A DNA stretch of 32,938 nt, taken from the sequence record SRR22947727_550. One strand, 5' to 3'. Each line of letters starts with the position of its first letter. Within the stretch, counting starts at the first letter, position 1. Below, one piece after another: positions 1 to 9,129 of this stretch. Made by a program: the position numbers and the translations under genes. The notes below the pieces were generated by a model that ran no database searches, had not been told where the DNA came from, and saw nothing but the letters and a program-made list of their open reading frames with translations.

Positions 1-2
1 AC

Positions 3-149
3 AACACTACTAAGTTCGTTCACGTAAAGGCTTGGAGAGATTCAATTGGAGAAAAGGGAACAACTTATAAAGCTGAACTCTTTCTAGACGACGGTAGTAT
101 TGCTGCAATTTCGGAAGGTTTGTTTGTGCAGCCAAAATCTAATCGTTAG
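3..149 (+). CDS. 3' end of a probable PaaI/hotdog-fold thioesterase family protein (truncated by window start)
   Basis: Frame 3 is open from the edge: NTTKFVHVKAWRDSIGEKGTTYKAELFLDDGSIAAISEGLFVQPKSNR*, TAG at 147-149. The 'AELF..DG..AA..EGLFV.P' ending resembles hotdog-fold C-termini. Not in the ORF track. Confidence 0.55.
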   Translation, partial: NTTKFVHVKAWRDSIGEKGTTYKAELFLDDGSIAAISEGLFVQPKSNR

Positions 150-993
150 TTTTAGTAAACAGATAAGCAGATACGATAATTACAGATACACCAGAAATTT
201 GTGAGAGAGTAGTGGTTTCTTGTAAGAATATATATCCAAATATTACAGAAAATATTGGAATTATATATACAGTGATTGATCCAAATATAGCTCCGACATC
301 ATCAATTAAACTGTAAAAGGAAAGAAAAGCAATTCCACTTCCTCCAACTCCTAAAAGGAGCATATGAAACAGGGAACCACCTGGAGTCGGTAATAAAAAC
401 TCACTATTAAAAATAAAGAGGAAAAATGAAAATATTGATGCGTATCTTAACGCCATACGAAGTGTGACAAGTGCTCCGTAGGAATGAATTAGTGGTTGAA
501 CAAAATTAGCTGCAAATCCATAACTAATTGAAGCCAGTAAGGCAAGTAGTAAGCCAGTGCTCAAATTAAAATTAGTAACTTCAAATCCGAATGAAAGAAC
601 ATATATTCCAAAAAAGCCAGTAGACAAGTATATTTTTTTAATATTAGAAATTTTTTGTTTAAAAAATATTACTGCAAAAAGACTTATAAAAATTGGTGTA
701 GAGCCATTAACAAGTCCTGCCAAACTGGAAGATATTGTCTGTTCAGATTCGGCAAATAAGTAAAAAGGTAGTGACATCCACAAAAATCCTACGATTGCAG
801 TAAAAACATGGTCTCGTTTAGAAATCGGAATATGTTCAATCTTTAATAAATTTATAAACGTCATACCAATAAAGATCCTATAGAAAGCGATCTGAAAAGG
901 GTCTAATTCAACAAGTGCATACTTCATCAGTAAAAAAGAGGAACCCCATAAAGCTGAAGTTAAGAACATTTGGAAGTAGTTTTTCGGTGACAT
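139..993 (-). CDS. DMT/EamA family transporter
   Basis: 284 aa, about 10 hydrophobic segments in two repeats; LWGSSF, PFYLFAESEQTISSSLAGL, SITVYIIPIFSVIFGYIFLQE motifs. Confidence 0.9.
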   Translation of the reverse strand: MSPKNYFQMFLTSALWGSSFLLMKYALVELDPFQIAFYRIFIGMTFINLLKIEHIPISKRDHVFTAIVGFLWMSLPFYLFAESEQTISSSLAGLVNGSTPIFISLFAVIFFKQKISNIKKIYLSTGFFGIYVLSFGFEVTNFNLSTGLLLALLASISYGFAANFVQPLIHSYGALVTLRMALRYASIFSFFLFIFNSEFLLPTPGGSLFHMLLLGVGGSGIAFLSFYSLIDDVGAIFGSITVYIIPIFSVIFGYIFLQETTTLSQISGVSVIIVSAYLFTKTND

Positions 994-1001
994 CTGGATT
1001 A

Positions 1002-1031
1002 AGGATAACTATATGCTATCTATAGCGTATA
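1002..1031 (-). promoter_or_regulatory. Putative -10 box (TATCCT) with adjacent 22-bp imperfect palindrome upstream of the DMT gene
   Basis: Minus-strand TATCCT at 1007-1002 lies 8 nt before the ATG at 993. TATATGCTATCTATAGCGTATA (1010-1031) has 9 of 11 positions complementary. Confidence 0.4.
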
Positions 1032-1043
1032 CATAATTAACGT

Positions 1044-1712
1044 TTATATCGATTGGTCAGTGATAATAAATGTTTCTGATCTTTTATCAATTAAATCATT
1101 TGCTGGAGTATTTCCATTGTTTAATATTTCTGAAAGTATATTTTTTTTATTTTCTCCGGTAACAAGTAAATAAACTTTATGGACACTAGTTAAAAGTTTA
1201 TATGTCGCAGTTACTCTCCATTTACTAACTATATCTACCTCATTTGAAGTGTAAATGTCATGGGTATCTTCTAACGCTGTTGTTCCAGGAAATAAAGAGG
1301 CTATATGTCCATCTTCACCTACACCGAGTATTACAGTATCAAATTGAGTTATATTTTTAGCAAGTTTCTCTGAATATAGATTTGCATCATGATCAGCCGT
1401 TGTGTTCGTATATTCGAAGTCCAAAATTGTAGCTCCAGTATTTTGAAAAAAACCATTGATCAAGTTTTGATTTGAGTTTTCATCTTCTATAGGAACCCAG
1501 CGCTCATCCACTGTCCAGAAGATAATCTTTGATAGATTTGTAATATCATTTTTTAACAAAGAGTACGTTACTTTTGGTGTATTTCCACCTGAAAGCCCAA
1601 TTGAGTAGCTATTTTTGTTCAAAGATTTTATATCATCGATTATTAAATTACTAAGACAAGATGATGCTTCCAAATGGTCATTTGCTTTATATACAATTAT
1701 TGATTCTGACAT
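1044..1712 (-). CDS. pgl: 6-phosphogluconolactonase
   Basis: GLSGGNTP, VDERWVP, SNQ, ILGVGEDGHIASLFP, RVT and LVTGENKK motifs of the Pgl/glucosamine isomerase family. Confidence 0.9.
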   Translation of the reverse strand: MSESIIVYKANDHLEASSCLSNLIIDDIKSLNKNSYSIGLSGGNTPKVTYSLLKNDITNLSKIIFWTVDERWVPIEDENSNQNLINGFFQNTGATILDFEYTNTTADHDANLYSEKLAKNITQFDTVILGVGEDGHIASLFPGTTALEDTHDIYTSNEVDIVSKWRVTATYKLLTSVHKVYLLVTGENKKNILSEILNNGNTPANDLIDKRSETFIITDQSI

Positions 1713-1749
1713 AAATTTATTGTTACACTTAATTCTTTAAGTAATATCA

Positions 1750-3006
1750 ATGATAGTGGAAAAACATATAGTAATTGAAGGCAATCACCAATTAAATGGA
1801 ATGGTTGAAGTTAAAGGTGCCAAAAATGCGGTATTGAAACAAATGGTACTACCAATACTTGCTCCAGGTGATTATGAAATAAGCAATGTACCAAACATTA
1901 CAGATGTTGCGTACATGCAAGAGGTTTTAAGTTGCCTTGGGATAACTTCTTCTTTTGAAGACAGTAGTTTAAAAATTAATTCGCCCGAGGACATTGGTAT
2001 AGAAACTCCATATGAATTAGTTCAAAAAATGCGTGCATCAATAATTATCCTGGGACCATTATTAGCTCGTAAAGGTCAAGCAAAAATAGCCTTCCCTGGT
2101 GGAGATCAACTCGGCCCTAGACCTGTTCAGATGCATCTTGATGCGTTAGAGAAGATGGGAGCAAATTTTCATCTTGAACATGGAGTTTTAATTGGCGAAA
2201 CAGATGGCTTAAAGGGGGTTGAAATCAATTTACCTTATGCGTCAGTTGGAGCCACGGAAAACACATTGCTTGCAGCTGTCTTAGCAGATGGAGATACTGT
2301 TATCGAAAATGCTGCTCGTGAGCCGGAAGTTGTAGATATCGTTAAAATGCTAAAAAATATGGGTGCTGAAATCTATGGTGAGGGCACTAGTGAAATTACA
2401 ATTAAAGGTGTTGAATCATTAAAACCAACTAATCATAAAGTTATTGGGGATAGAATCGTTGCTGGAACATATATTGCAGCCATAGCTTCAACTAAAGGAT
2501 CTGGATCAATTTTAGGAGTTGATCCAAAAACTCTTCCTATGGAAATTAAAAAATTTATAGAAATTGGTATCAATATATCAACTGGAGAAAACTCAATAAG
2601 TTTAGAATCTACAGATAAGTATGATGCAATTGAGTTATCAACTTTACCTTTCCCTGGAGTAGCTACTGACTTACAACCAATATTCGGTACAGCTTTACTT
2701 AGAGCAGAAGGAACTTCAATCATTACAGAAAATGTTTACGATCAGCGTTTTCAATGGATACCAGAAGTTCAACGGATGGGATCTAATATTCAAACTGGGT
2801 GGCAACATGCAATGATCAAGGGAGTAAAGGACCTTTCAGGAGCTCCTGTAAATTCAACAGATATTAGAACAGGTGCTAGTTTAATAATTGCAGCTCTACA
2901 GGCTGACGGCAACTCACAGATTACTGGCATTGATCACATAGATAGAGGCTATGAAGATATTGTTTCCGCTTTAAGCTCACTTGGCGCAGTTATAGAATAT
3001 AATTGA
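1750..3006 (+). CDS. murA: UDP-N-acetylglucosamine 1-carboxyvinyltransferase (start may be GTG at 1756)
   Basis: KGAKNA, KMRASI, PGGDQLGPRP, SVGATEN, NAAREPEV, PFPGVATDLQP, DIRTGA, HIDRGYE motifs. Confidence 0.97.
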   Translation: MIVEKHIVIEGNHQLNGMVEVKGAKNAVLKQMVLPILAPGDYEISNVPNITDVAYMQEVLSCLGITSSFEDSSLKINSPEDIGIETPYELVQKMRASIIILGPLLARKGQAKIAFPGGDQLGPRPVQMHLDALEKMGANFHLEHGVLIGETDGLKGVEINLPYASVGATENTLLAAVLADGDTVIENAAREPEVVDIVKMLKNMGAEIYGEGTSEITIKGVESLKPTNHKVIGDRIVAGTYIAAIASTKGSGSILGVDPKTLPMEIKKFIEIGINISTGENSISLESTDKYDAIELSTLPFPGVATDLQPIFGTALLRAEGTSIITENVYDQRFQWIPEVQRMGSNIQTGWQHAMIKGVKDLSGAPVNSTDIRTGASLIIAALQADGNSQITGIDHIDRGYEDIVSALSSLGAVIEYN

Positions 3007-3009
3007 ATT

Positions 3010-3291
3010 ATGGAAAGTAATGAAAATATCAATTTTCCTTCTATCAAAGATAGAGATGAACAAGTTGATATTGACCTTGATATATTAAATGAAACAATAG
3101 AGTATATTCGTCCAGCTGTACAGGCTGATGGGGGGGATATAAAGTTAGCATCTGTGGATAATGGTATTGTAAACATAGAAATGCTTGGGGCTTGCGTAGG
3201 TTGCCCACTATCCATTGCCACACTTAAGAGTGGAATAGAACGAATCCTTAAAGAAAAAGTACCTGGCGTAGAAGAAGTTATAGCTTCTTAG
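3010..3291 (+). CDS. NifU C-terminal domain (Nfu-type) Fe-S carrier protein
   Basis: IRPAVQADGGDI and GACVGCPLSIATLKSGIE (CxxC) signature. Confidence 0.92.
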   Translation: MESNENINFPSIKDRDEQVDIDLDILNETIEYIRPAVQADGGDIKLASVDNGIVNIEMLGACVGCPLSIATLKSGIERILKEKVPGVEEVIAS

Positions 3292-3923
3292 GCGTTAGTA
3301 GAGTCAAGAATACTTGTATATAAATTAAGACCAAACAACAAATTATTTTCAATTAATGGTTCAAGAATATAACGGATATCATTTTTGGTTACGCTACCTG
3401 CTAACTGTTTTGGATTAGTTATTTCTTCATATAGTCCAAGATTATTGAGGATGTTTTCTCTGTCATTTTTATCTAAAGTGTCATCAGATAAAGCAATTAC
3501 TAAAAGAAAGAAAAGTTTTGTTTGTTGCGAGTTAACCTCGTCTTTTGTTGCAGGAGCAAAGAATTCAATTTCCTCAACAACTTCACTATCTGCATTGATA
3601 TTTAGATTAATTACAAAAATAGCCTGAGGATTTTCTTTATTTCCAAACTCATAAAAAAGGGTTTGTTTTTCTATGCTTGTCCATTTAACTTCATCAGGAT
3701 TAATTGAAAAAAATGTAGTAGTTTGTTCATCCTCTGAAATAGTTGAAACAAGTTTATTCCAATTTGAGACAAATACTTCAGAGGTCTCCCCTAAACCTTC
3801 CGAAATTGCTACTTCAACTTCGTTATCTACAGCACCACTGTTCTCTTCTGAGGTATTTTCTGAATTACACCCTACACAAAACACGAAAAGCAAAAGCGAA
3901 TAAAATAGTCTAATTTTCATCAT
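3288..3923 (-). CDS. Putative lipoprotein of unknown function
   Basis: Basic N-terminus, hydrophobic stretch and lipobox-like FCVGC, followed by an acidic linker; 211 aa. Confidence 0.7.
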   Translation of the reverse strand: MMKIRLFYSLLLFVFCVGCNSENTSEENSGAVDNEVEVAISEGLGETSEVFVSNWNKLVSTISEDEQTTTFFSINPDEVKWTSIEKQTLFYEFGNKENPQAIFVINLNINADSEVVEEIEFFAPATKDEVNSQQTKLFFLLVIALSDDTLDKNDRENILNNLGLYEEITNPKQLAGSVTKNDIRYILEPLIENNLLFGLNLYTSILDSTNA

Positions 3924-4356
3924 TAAATAGTTCCTTAAGACCTTTTAAATTATTTTTCCATATAAGTTTTAAAATTGGAGATCCAAAAAATTCACCTATT
4001 GGTCCTGCTAGATATATTGGAAACTTTAAAGTTTCTTCCCATTTAAATTCAGTTTTATTCTCTTCTAATTGAGTTAAAGTAAATTTTCCCTTACCAGTAA
4101 CTAACCCAACATGGTCTACTCCTATAGATTGTTTTTCAACCCATTCTGTTACGGTCATGTAGTCATATAGTTTAATTGGTCCAACTTTAGTCAAAACCTT
4201 CATTTTTGTATCTATTCCCTGAGTTGATTCAGTCAGAAAGTCAATGTTTACAGCATCTTTCATCCAATGTGTATGGTTTTTTAAGACAGAAACTTCATCC
4301 CATACTTCGTCTAATGGTTTGTTGATTATAGTTGAAACTGTAATTGTTTTACTCAT
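3910..4356 (-). CDS. SRPBCC/START (polyketide cyclase-like) family protein
   Basis: 148 aa; ITVSTIINKPLDEVWD...HTHWMKD start, VTEWVE, GKGKFTL, FKWEETL and a C-terminal helix typical of the fold. Confidence 0.8.
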   Translation of the reverse strand: MSKTITVSTIINKPLDEVWDEVSVLKNHTHWMKDAVNIDFLTESTQGIDTKMKVLTKVGPIKLYDYMTVTEWVEKQSIGVDHVGLVTGKGKFTLTQLEENKTEFKWEETLKFPIYLAGPIGEFFGSPILKLIWKNNLKGLKELFNDEN

Positions 4357-4398
4357 TGTCTGTTAAACAATATTACTTGATAAGTAGAATAAATAAAT

Positions 4399-5547
4399 AT
4401 GAAAAAAAATGATTATCTGTATTTAGACCATGCTGCAAGCACACCAATGAGAGATGTGGCCTTTGAAGCATATAAACAAACTGAATCAGTAGCATTTGCA
4501 AATTCTGCTGGAGGACATGAACTATCCAGAAAAGCAAAAAATATACTTGAAGAATCACGCGACAGAATTTCCAATCATTTTGGAGCAGCACCGAAAGAAA
4601 TCACTTTTACGAGTGGAGGGACTGAGGCAGATAACTGGATAATAAAGATGCCATTTATAAACAACCAAAATAAAAATGCTGAATTAGTAACTTCAGCTAT
4701 AGAACATGAAGCAGTACTTGGCTCAGCTGAATGGGTTGAATCACTTGGATACAAAGTCAATTTTATTGGATGTGATAATTTTGGAGTAATTAAGACTGAA
4801 GAGGTTATTAGTAATATAAATTCAAATACAGAAATTGTATCGATTATGTTAGCTAACAATGAAACTGGAGTTGTTCAACCTGTTAAAGAAATTGCACAAA
4901 GTATTAAAAAGCTTGATTATGATTTAATATTCCACTCCGATGTGGTGCAAGCTGTTTCAACAACAAAAATTGATTTTCATGAACTAGGAATCCAAAGTGC
5001 AGCAATATCAGGCCATAAAATTGGAGGGCCCAAGGGAATTGGAATTATGTTTCTAAGTTCGGAAGCAAAAATCCCTAGCTTCCTGCATGGAGGAAAGCAA
5101 GAACTAGAACGAAGGGCTGGGACTGTAAATGTGTCTGGTGTTGCTAGTCTCTCTGCCGCACTGGACGAGCAACAGAAAAATATGGAATTACAAAACAACA
5201 AAATTCTTAAAGAGCGTACAGAATTTGAGGATATCCTTAAAAATAATCTAGACGTTATGATTGTGGGAGAAAACATTAGTAGGTTAGACCATGTTTCAAA
5301 TATACAATTTAAAGGGATACACTCAGAGACACTTATGGTTGCCTTAGATTTGCAAGGCTTGGGAGTTTCAAGGGGTTCTGCATGTGCAAGCGGTGCTCAG
5401 AAACCATCACATGTTTTACAAGCCATGAAAATATCAGATGATTTAATTAACAGTCACTTAAGGTTCAGCTTCGGCTGGAGCACCAACAGCGGAGATGGTG
5501 TAAAAGCTGCAAACATTGTGTTGTCATCAATTCAAGGGATGAAATGA
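4399..5547 (+). CDS. iscS: Cysteine desulfurase (class I, IscS/NifS-like, MnmA-associated)
   Basis: YLDHAASTP, FTSGGTEADN, IEHEAV, NNETG, SGHKIGGPKGIG (PLP Lys), SRGSACAS (catalytic Cys); ATGA overlap with mnmA. Confidence 0.92.
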   Translation: MKKNDYLYLDHAASTPMRDVAFEAYKQTESVAFANSAGGHELSRKAKNILEESRDRISNHFGAAPKEITFTSGGTEADNWIIKMPFINNQNKNAELVTSAIEHEAVLGSAEWVESLGYKVNFIGCDNFGVIKTEEVISNINSNTEIVSIMLANNETGVVQPVKEIAQSIKKLDYDLIFHSDVVQAVSTTKIDFHELGIQSAAISGHKIGGPKGIGIMFLSSEAKIPSFLHGGKQELERRAGTVNVSGVASLSAALDEQQKNMELQNNKILKERTEFEDILKNNLDVMIVGENISRLDHVSNIQFKGIHSETLMVALDLQGLGVSRGSACASGAQKPSHVLQAMKISDDLINSHLRFSFGWSTNSGDGVKAANIVLSSIQGMK

Positions 5548-6617
5548 GAGTTTTAGTTGCAATGAGCGGTGGGGTGGATTCATCAGTAGTTGCAGGTCTT
5601 CTCAAGTCACAAGGCCATGAAGTAATCGGTGTTACTATGAAATTATGGGAAGGACCAAATGGAGAAATGCCCGAAACAGGTTGTTGCACAGCTTCTGATA
5701 GTGAAGATGCCCGTAAAGTTGCAGCCAAGCTAGATATTCCTTACTACGTTTTAGATTACACAGAATCATTTTCGGACAAGGTTGTTGATAATTTTATAGA
5801 TATGTATGCGCAGGGACTTACTCCAAATCCATGTGTTGAATGCAATAGATCGGTTAAATTTGATCACTTTCTCAAGCAAGCAAAAAAACTTAACTGTGAC
5901 AAGGTGGCTACGGGTCATTATGCAAAAATAATAAAAAATGAGGAACAATATGAATTACACAAAGCAGATTATTTAGATAAAGACCAATCATATGTTCTTC
6001 ATATGTTAAATTCATCAACGCTAGAGAATGTAATGTTTCCTCTAGGAACTATTTCTAAACCAGAAGTTAGACAAATAGCTGCTGATTTAGGTTTAAAGAC
6101 TGCATTTAAAAAAGATAGTCAAGATATATGTTTTGTGGGCAAAAAAAATTATCGAGATTTTGTTGATAAAAGAATTGATATTTCAACTTCAGGAGAAATA
6201 GTTGATAGTCAGGGCGAAATTATGGGAAATCATCAAGGTATTCATGAATTTACAGTTGGTCAACGTAAAGGAATACCTGGAGGACAAGGTTCACCAAAAT
6301 ATGTTACTAAAATCGATGTAAAGAATAAGAAAGTTTATGTCGGAAACAAAGAAGAGCTGCTTACATCTACTTTTTACTTAGAAGATACCTCATTTGTAAA
6401 CGAAATAGAAACAAAGAGTCTTAGTATCCAAACAAGATACAATTCTGACGATCTTCCCTGTGAGATAGAAATGATTGACGACAGCGCACTAAAAGTATTA
6501 TTGCACGATGCAACATTCGGAGTAGCTCCCGGCCAATTTGGTGTTTTGTATTCAGGTACAAAACTAATTGGAGGCGGAAGAATAACTTCAGAACTTAATC
6601 AAAAACTTTCTGTATGA
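5544..6617 (+). CDS. mnmA: tRNA 2-thiouridine(34) synthase
   Basis: AMSGGVDSS, TPNPCVECN, ATGHYA, KDQSYVL, DSQDICF, FTVGQRKG, APGQ motifs. Confidence 0.97.
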   Translation: MRVLVAMSGGVDSSVVAGLLKSQGHEVIGVTMKLWEGPNGEMPETGCCTASDSEDARKVAAKLDIPYYVLDYTESFSDKVVDNFIDMYAQGLTPNPCVECNRSVKFDHFLKQAKKLNCDKVATGHYAKIIKNEEQYELHKADYLDKDQSYVLHMLNSSTLENVMFPLGTISKPEVRQIAADLGLKTAFKKDSQDICFVGKKNYRDFVDKRIDISTSGEIVDSQGEIMGNHQGIHEFTVGQRKGIPGGQGSPKYVTKIDVKNKKVYVGNKEELLTSTFYLEDTSFVNEIETKSLSIQTRYNSDDLPCEIEMIDDSALKVLLHDATFGVAPGQFGVLYSGTKLIGGGRITSELNQKLSV

Positions 6618-8680
6618 ACGCTAAAGATATTGACAAAGTAATAACTCAGCTATCAGAAGCAGAACATGCTTATTATGTCCTAAATAGCCCGATAATGTCT
6701 GATGGAGAATATGACAAACTTTTCAATGAACTTAAACAGTTCGAATTAAACAACCCATCAGAGGTAAAGGTTTATTCGCCAACTCAAAGAGTAACAGGGA
6801 CTCCAGACACCGCTTTTAATCAAATAGAACATGTTCAAAGAATGTACAGTTTAGATAATGCAGAAAACATAGAAGATATCAATAAATGGTTCGAAAGACT
6901 CAGCAAAATAACTGATCAACAATTATTCCCTGTTTCTTTAGAACCAAAAATAGATGGTTTAGCAATTTCAATCATATACAAAGATGGTATTTTACAACAG
7001 GGACTTACTCGTGGCGATGGTGTAATCGGTGAAGATGTCACCCATAATGTGAAAACAATAATGAACTTACCACTTAGATTAAAGACAAATTCCAAAGGCA
7101 CTTTAGAAGTTCGAGGTGAAATCTATATGCCAACTGAAAGTTTTGACAACTTAAATAAGAAACGAAAAAAAGATGAGATTAAATTAGAAAAATTAAAATC
7201 AATTAAAAATCCTACCAAGGAAGAGAAGTCTATGATTGCCGCAATCAGGAATGAGGGAGTGTCTAGTTTTATTAATTCTAGAAATGCTGCCGCTGGTTCA
7301 CTAAGGCAAAAAGACTCGTCCATTACAGCTAAACGAGATATTAGATTATTAGCGTATCAATTAATAAATCATGATGATTCTGAAGCCTTCTCATCGCATA
7401 GCGATCAGATAAAAACCCTTAAAGAGTCTGGATTTGAAACAAATGAAGTTTTTCTTACCATGTCGATTAATGAAATAGAAGCTACCTTAAAACGTATTGA
7501 AGATAAACGAAATGACTACTCATACCAAATAGATGGAGTCGTAATGAAAATTAACTCTACAATTATCCAAGATGAGTTAGGCTACACATCAAAATCTCCA
7601 AGGTGGGCAGTGGCTTTTAAATTTCCAGCAGAAGAGCAAACAACTATTCTTACAGATATAAAGCTTCAAACCGGTAGAACAGGAGCCGTAACACCAGTAG
7701 CGGTATTACAACCAATAAGTGTTGGGGGAGCAATGGTTTCTTTTGCATCTCTACATAATCCGGATGAAATCAATAGAAAAGATTTAAGAATTAATGACTA
7801 TGTTGTAGTTAGAAGAGCAGGAGATGTAATACCTGAGGTAGTCAGCTCATTAAAGACAAGAAGAGATGGTTCACAAAAAAAATGGAAGATGCCTAAAACT
7901 TGTCCATGTGGTGAATATGAAATAATTTTTCACAAAGAGGAAAAAGTTCCAAGATGTAGTGGAGGTTCGTCTTGTAAGATTGCAAAAAAAGAGTCCATAA
8001 TATTTTTTGCATCAAGAGCGGGTTTAGAAATTGACGGAATGGGAAAAGAAACAGTAGAAATTTTGCTTAGCACAGGATTGATTGGTGATATTGAAGATAT
8101 ATTCAATCTAAAATATGATGATTTAGTAAAACTTCCACAGTGGGAAAATAAAAAAGCTTCCAATCTAATTAATGCTATAAATAAATCTACAAACTCACAA
8201 CCATCAAGACTGCTCACAGCATTAGGGATTCGTTTTGTCGGAAAAAGAACAGTCAATCTGTTATTTCAAAACTTCGGATCTATTGAAAATATTCTTGCTG
8301 CAGATTCAAATCAATTAGAAAATATCCATGGTATTTCAGGAAGTGTTATTAATTCTTTGAATGAATGGAAAGCACAAGAAAAAAATATAACAACTCTCAA
8401 TTCCCTAAAAGAAAAAGGATTCTCTTTTAGCCAAGATAAAAAAGAAAGTAACACAATACTTACTGGGAAAACTTTTGTAATAACTGGAACACTTCAAAAT
8501 TCAAATAGACAGGAATTTATCAACCTTATTGAAAACAATGGAGGTTCAGTAACTACATCTATCTCAAAAAATACAGATTATCTTATTTCTGGAGAAAATC
8601 CAGGTTCAAAGTTGAAAAAGGCCAAAGATTTAAAAGTAGACATTATCTCAGAACAGGATCTCTTTGATTTAATTAACTAA
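6614..8680 (+). CDS. ligA: NAD+-dependent DNA ligase
   Basis: EPKIDGLA, TRGDG..GEDVT, EVRGE, RNAAAGSLRQ, DGVVMK, PRWAVAFKF, RAGDVIPEV; HhH repeats and C-terminal BRCT (FVITG...GENPGSK). Confidence 0.97.
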   Translation: MNAKDIDKVITQLSEAEHAYYVLNSPIMSDGEYDKLFNELKQFELNNPSEVKVYSPTQRVTGTPDTAFNQIEHVQRMYSLDNAENIEDINKWFERLSKITDQQLFPVSLEPKIDGLAISIIYKDGILQQGLTRGDGVIGEDVTHNVKTIMNLPLRLKTNSKGTLEVRGEIYMPTESFDNLNKKRKKDEIKLEKLKSIKNPTKEEKSMIAAIRNEGVSSFINSRNAAAGSLRQKDSSITAKRDIRLLAYQLINHDDSEAFSSHSDQIKTLKESGFETNEVFLTMSINEIEATLKRIEDKRNDYSYQIDGVVMKINSTIIQDELGYTSKSPRWAVAFKFPAEEQTTILTDIKLQTGRTGAVTPVAVLQPISVGGAMVSFASLHNPDEINRKDLRINDYVVVRRAGDVIPEVVSSLKTRRDGSQKKWKMPKTCPCGEYEIIFHKEEKVPRCSGGSSCKIAKKESIIFFASRAGLEIDGMGKETVEILLSTGLIGDIEDIFNLKYDDLVKLPQWENKKASNLINAINKSTNSQPSRLLTALGIRFVGKRTVNLLFQNFGSIENILAADSNQLENIHGISGSVINSLNEWKAQEKNITTLNSLKEKGFSFSQDKKESNTILTGKTFVITGTLQNSNRQEFINLIENNGGSVTTSISKNTDYLISGENPGSKLKKAKDLKVDIISEQDLFDLIN

Positions 8681-9084
8681 TTGTTAATATAAAACTTCCA
8701 AGAGAATTCACCTACATCAGGCAGTCCTACAACTTTACTCCAAGTTATACGAATATTTTGTTCTCCTGGGCTCCAGCTTTCAAAAGTTTTATTTGGTCCT
8801 GGTTTCCAAACAAAAACTCCGGTTGCTTCTACATTAAGTATCTCTGAAGATGGGATGATGTAGTTATTAACTATAAGCACTATTTCATAATCAACTGGTA
8901 AATTTATTTCTAAAGATGTCTGTTGAGGAACTTGATAGTTTGGTAAAGGTGAAATGCCTTCAATAACGGCTGGAAGGACAACTAGTTCATCATTATCTTG
9001 ATAAAAATTAACTCCTACATAGATAGTCAAGAATAGAAGTAAAGATAAAGAAAGAAAAATAAGTCTATAAGTGTTCTTTTTCAT
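8677..9084 (-). CDS. Hypothetical protein, N-terminal membrane anchor plus predicted beta-rich extracytoplasmic domain
   Basis: 135 aa; one hydrophobic segment (LIFLSLSLLLFLTIYVGV) followed by a Pro/aromatic-rich, strand-like sequence; fills the gap between ligA and dapD. Confidence 0.7.
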   Translation of the reverse strand: MKKNTYRLIFLSLSLLLFLTIYVGVNFYQDNDELVVLPAVIEGISPLPNYQVPQQTSLEINLPVDYEIVLIVNNYIIPSSEILNVEATGVFVWKPGPNKTFESWSPGEQNIRITWSKVVGLPDVGEFSWKFYINN

Positions 9085-9129
9085 ACACTAAAATATTATC
9101 TAATAACTAAAAAGAGACCAAAGCAAATT

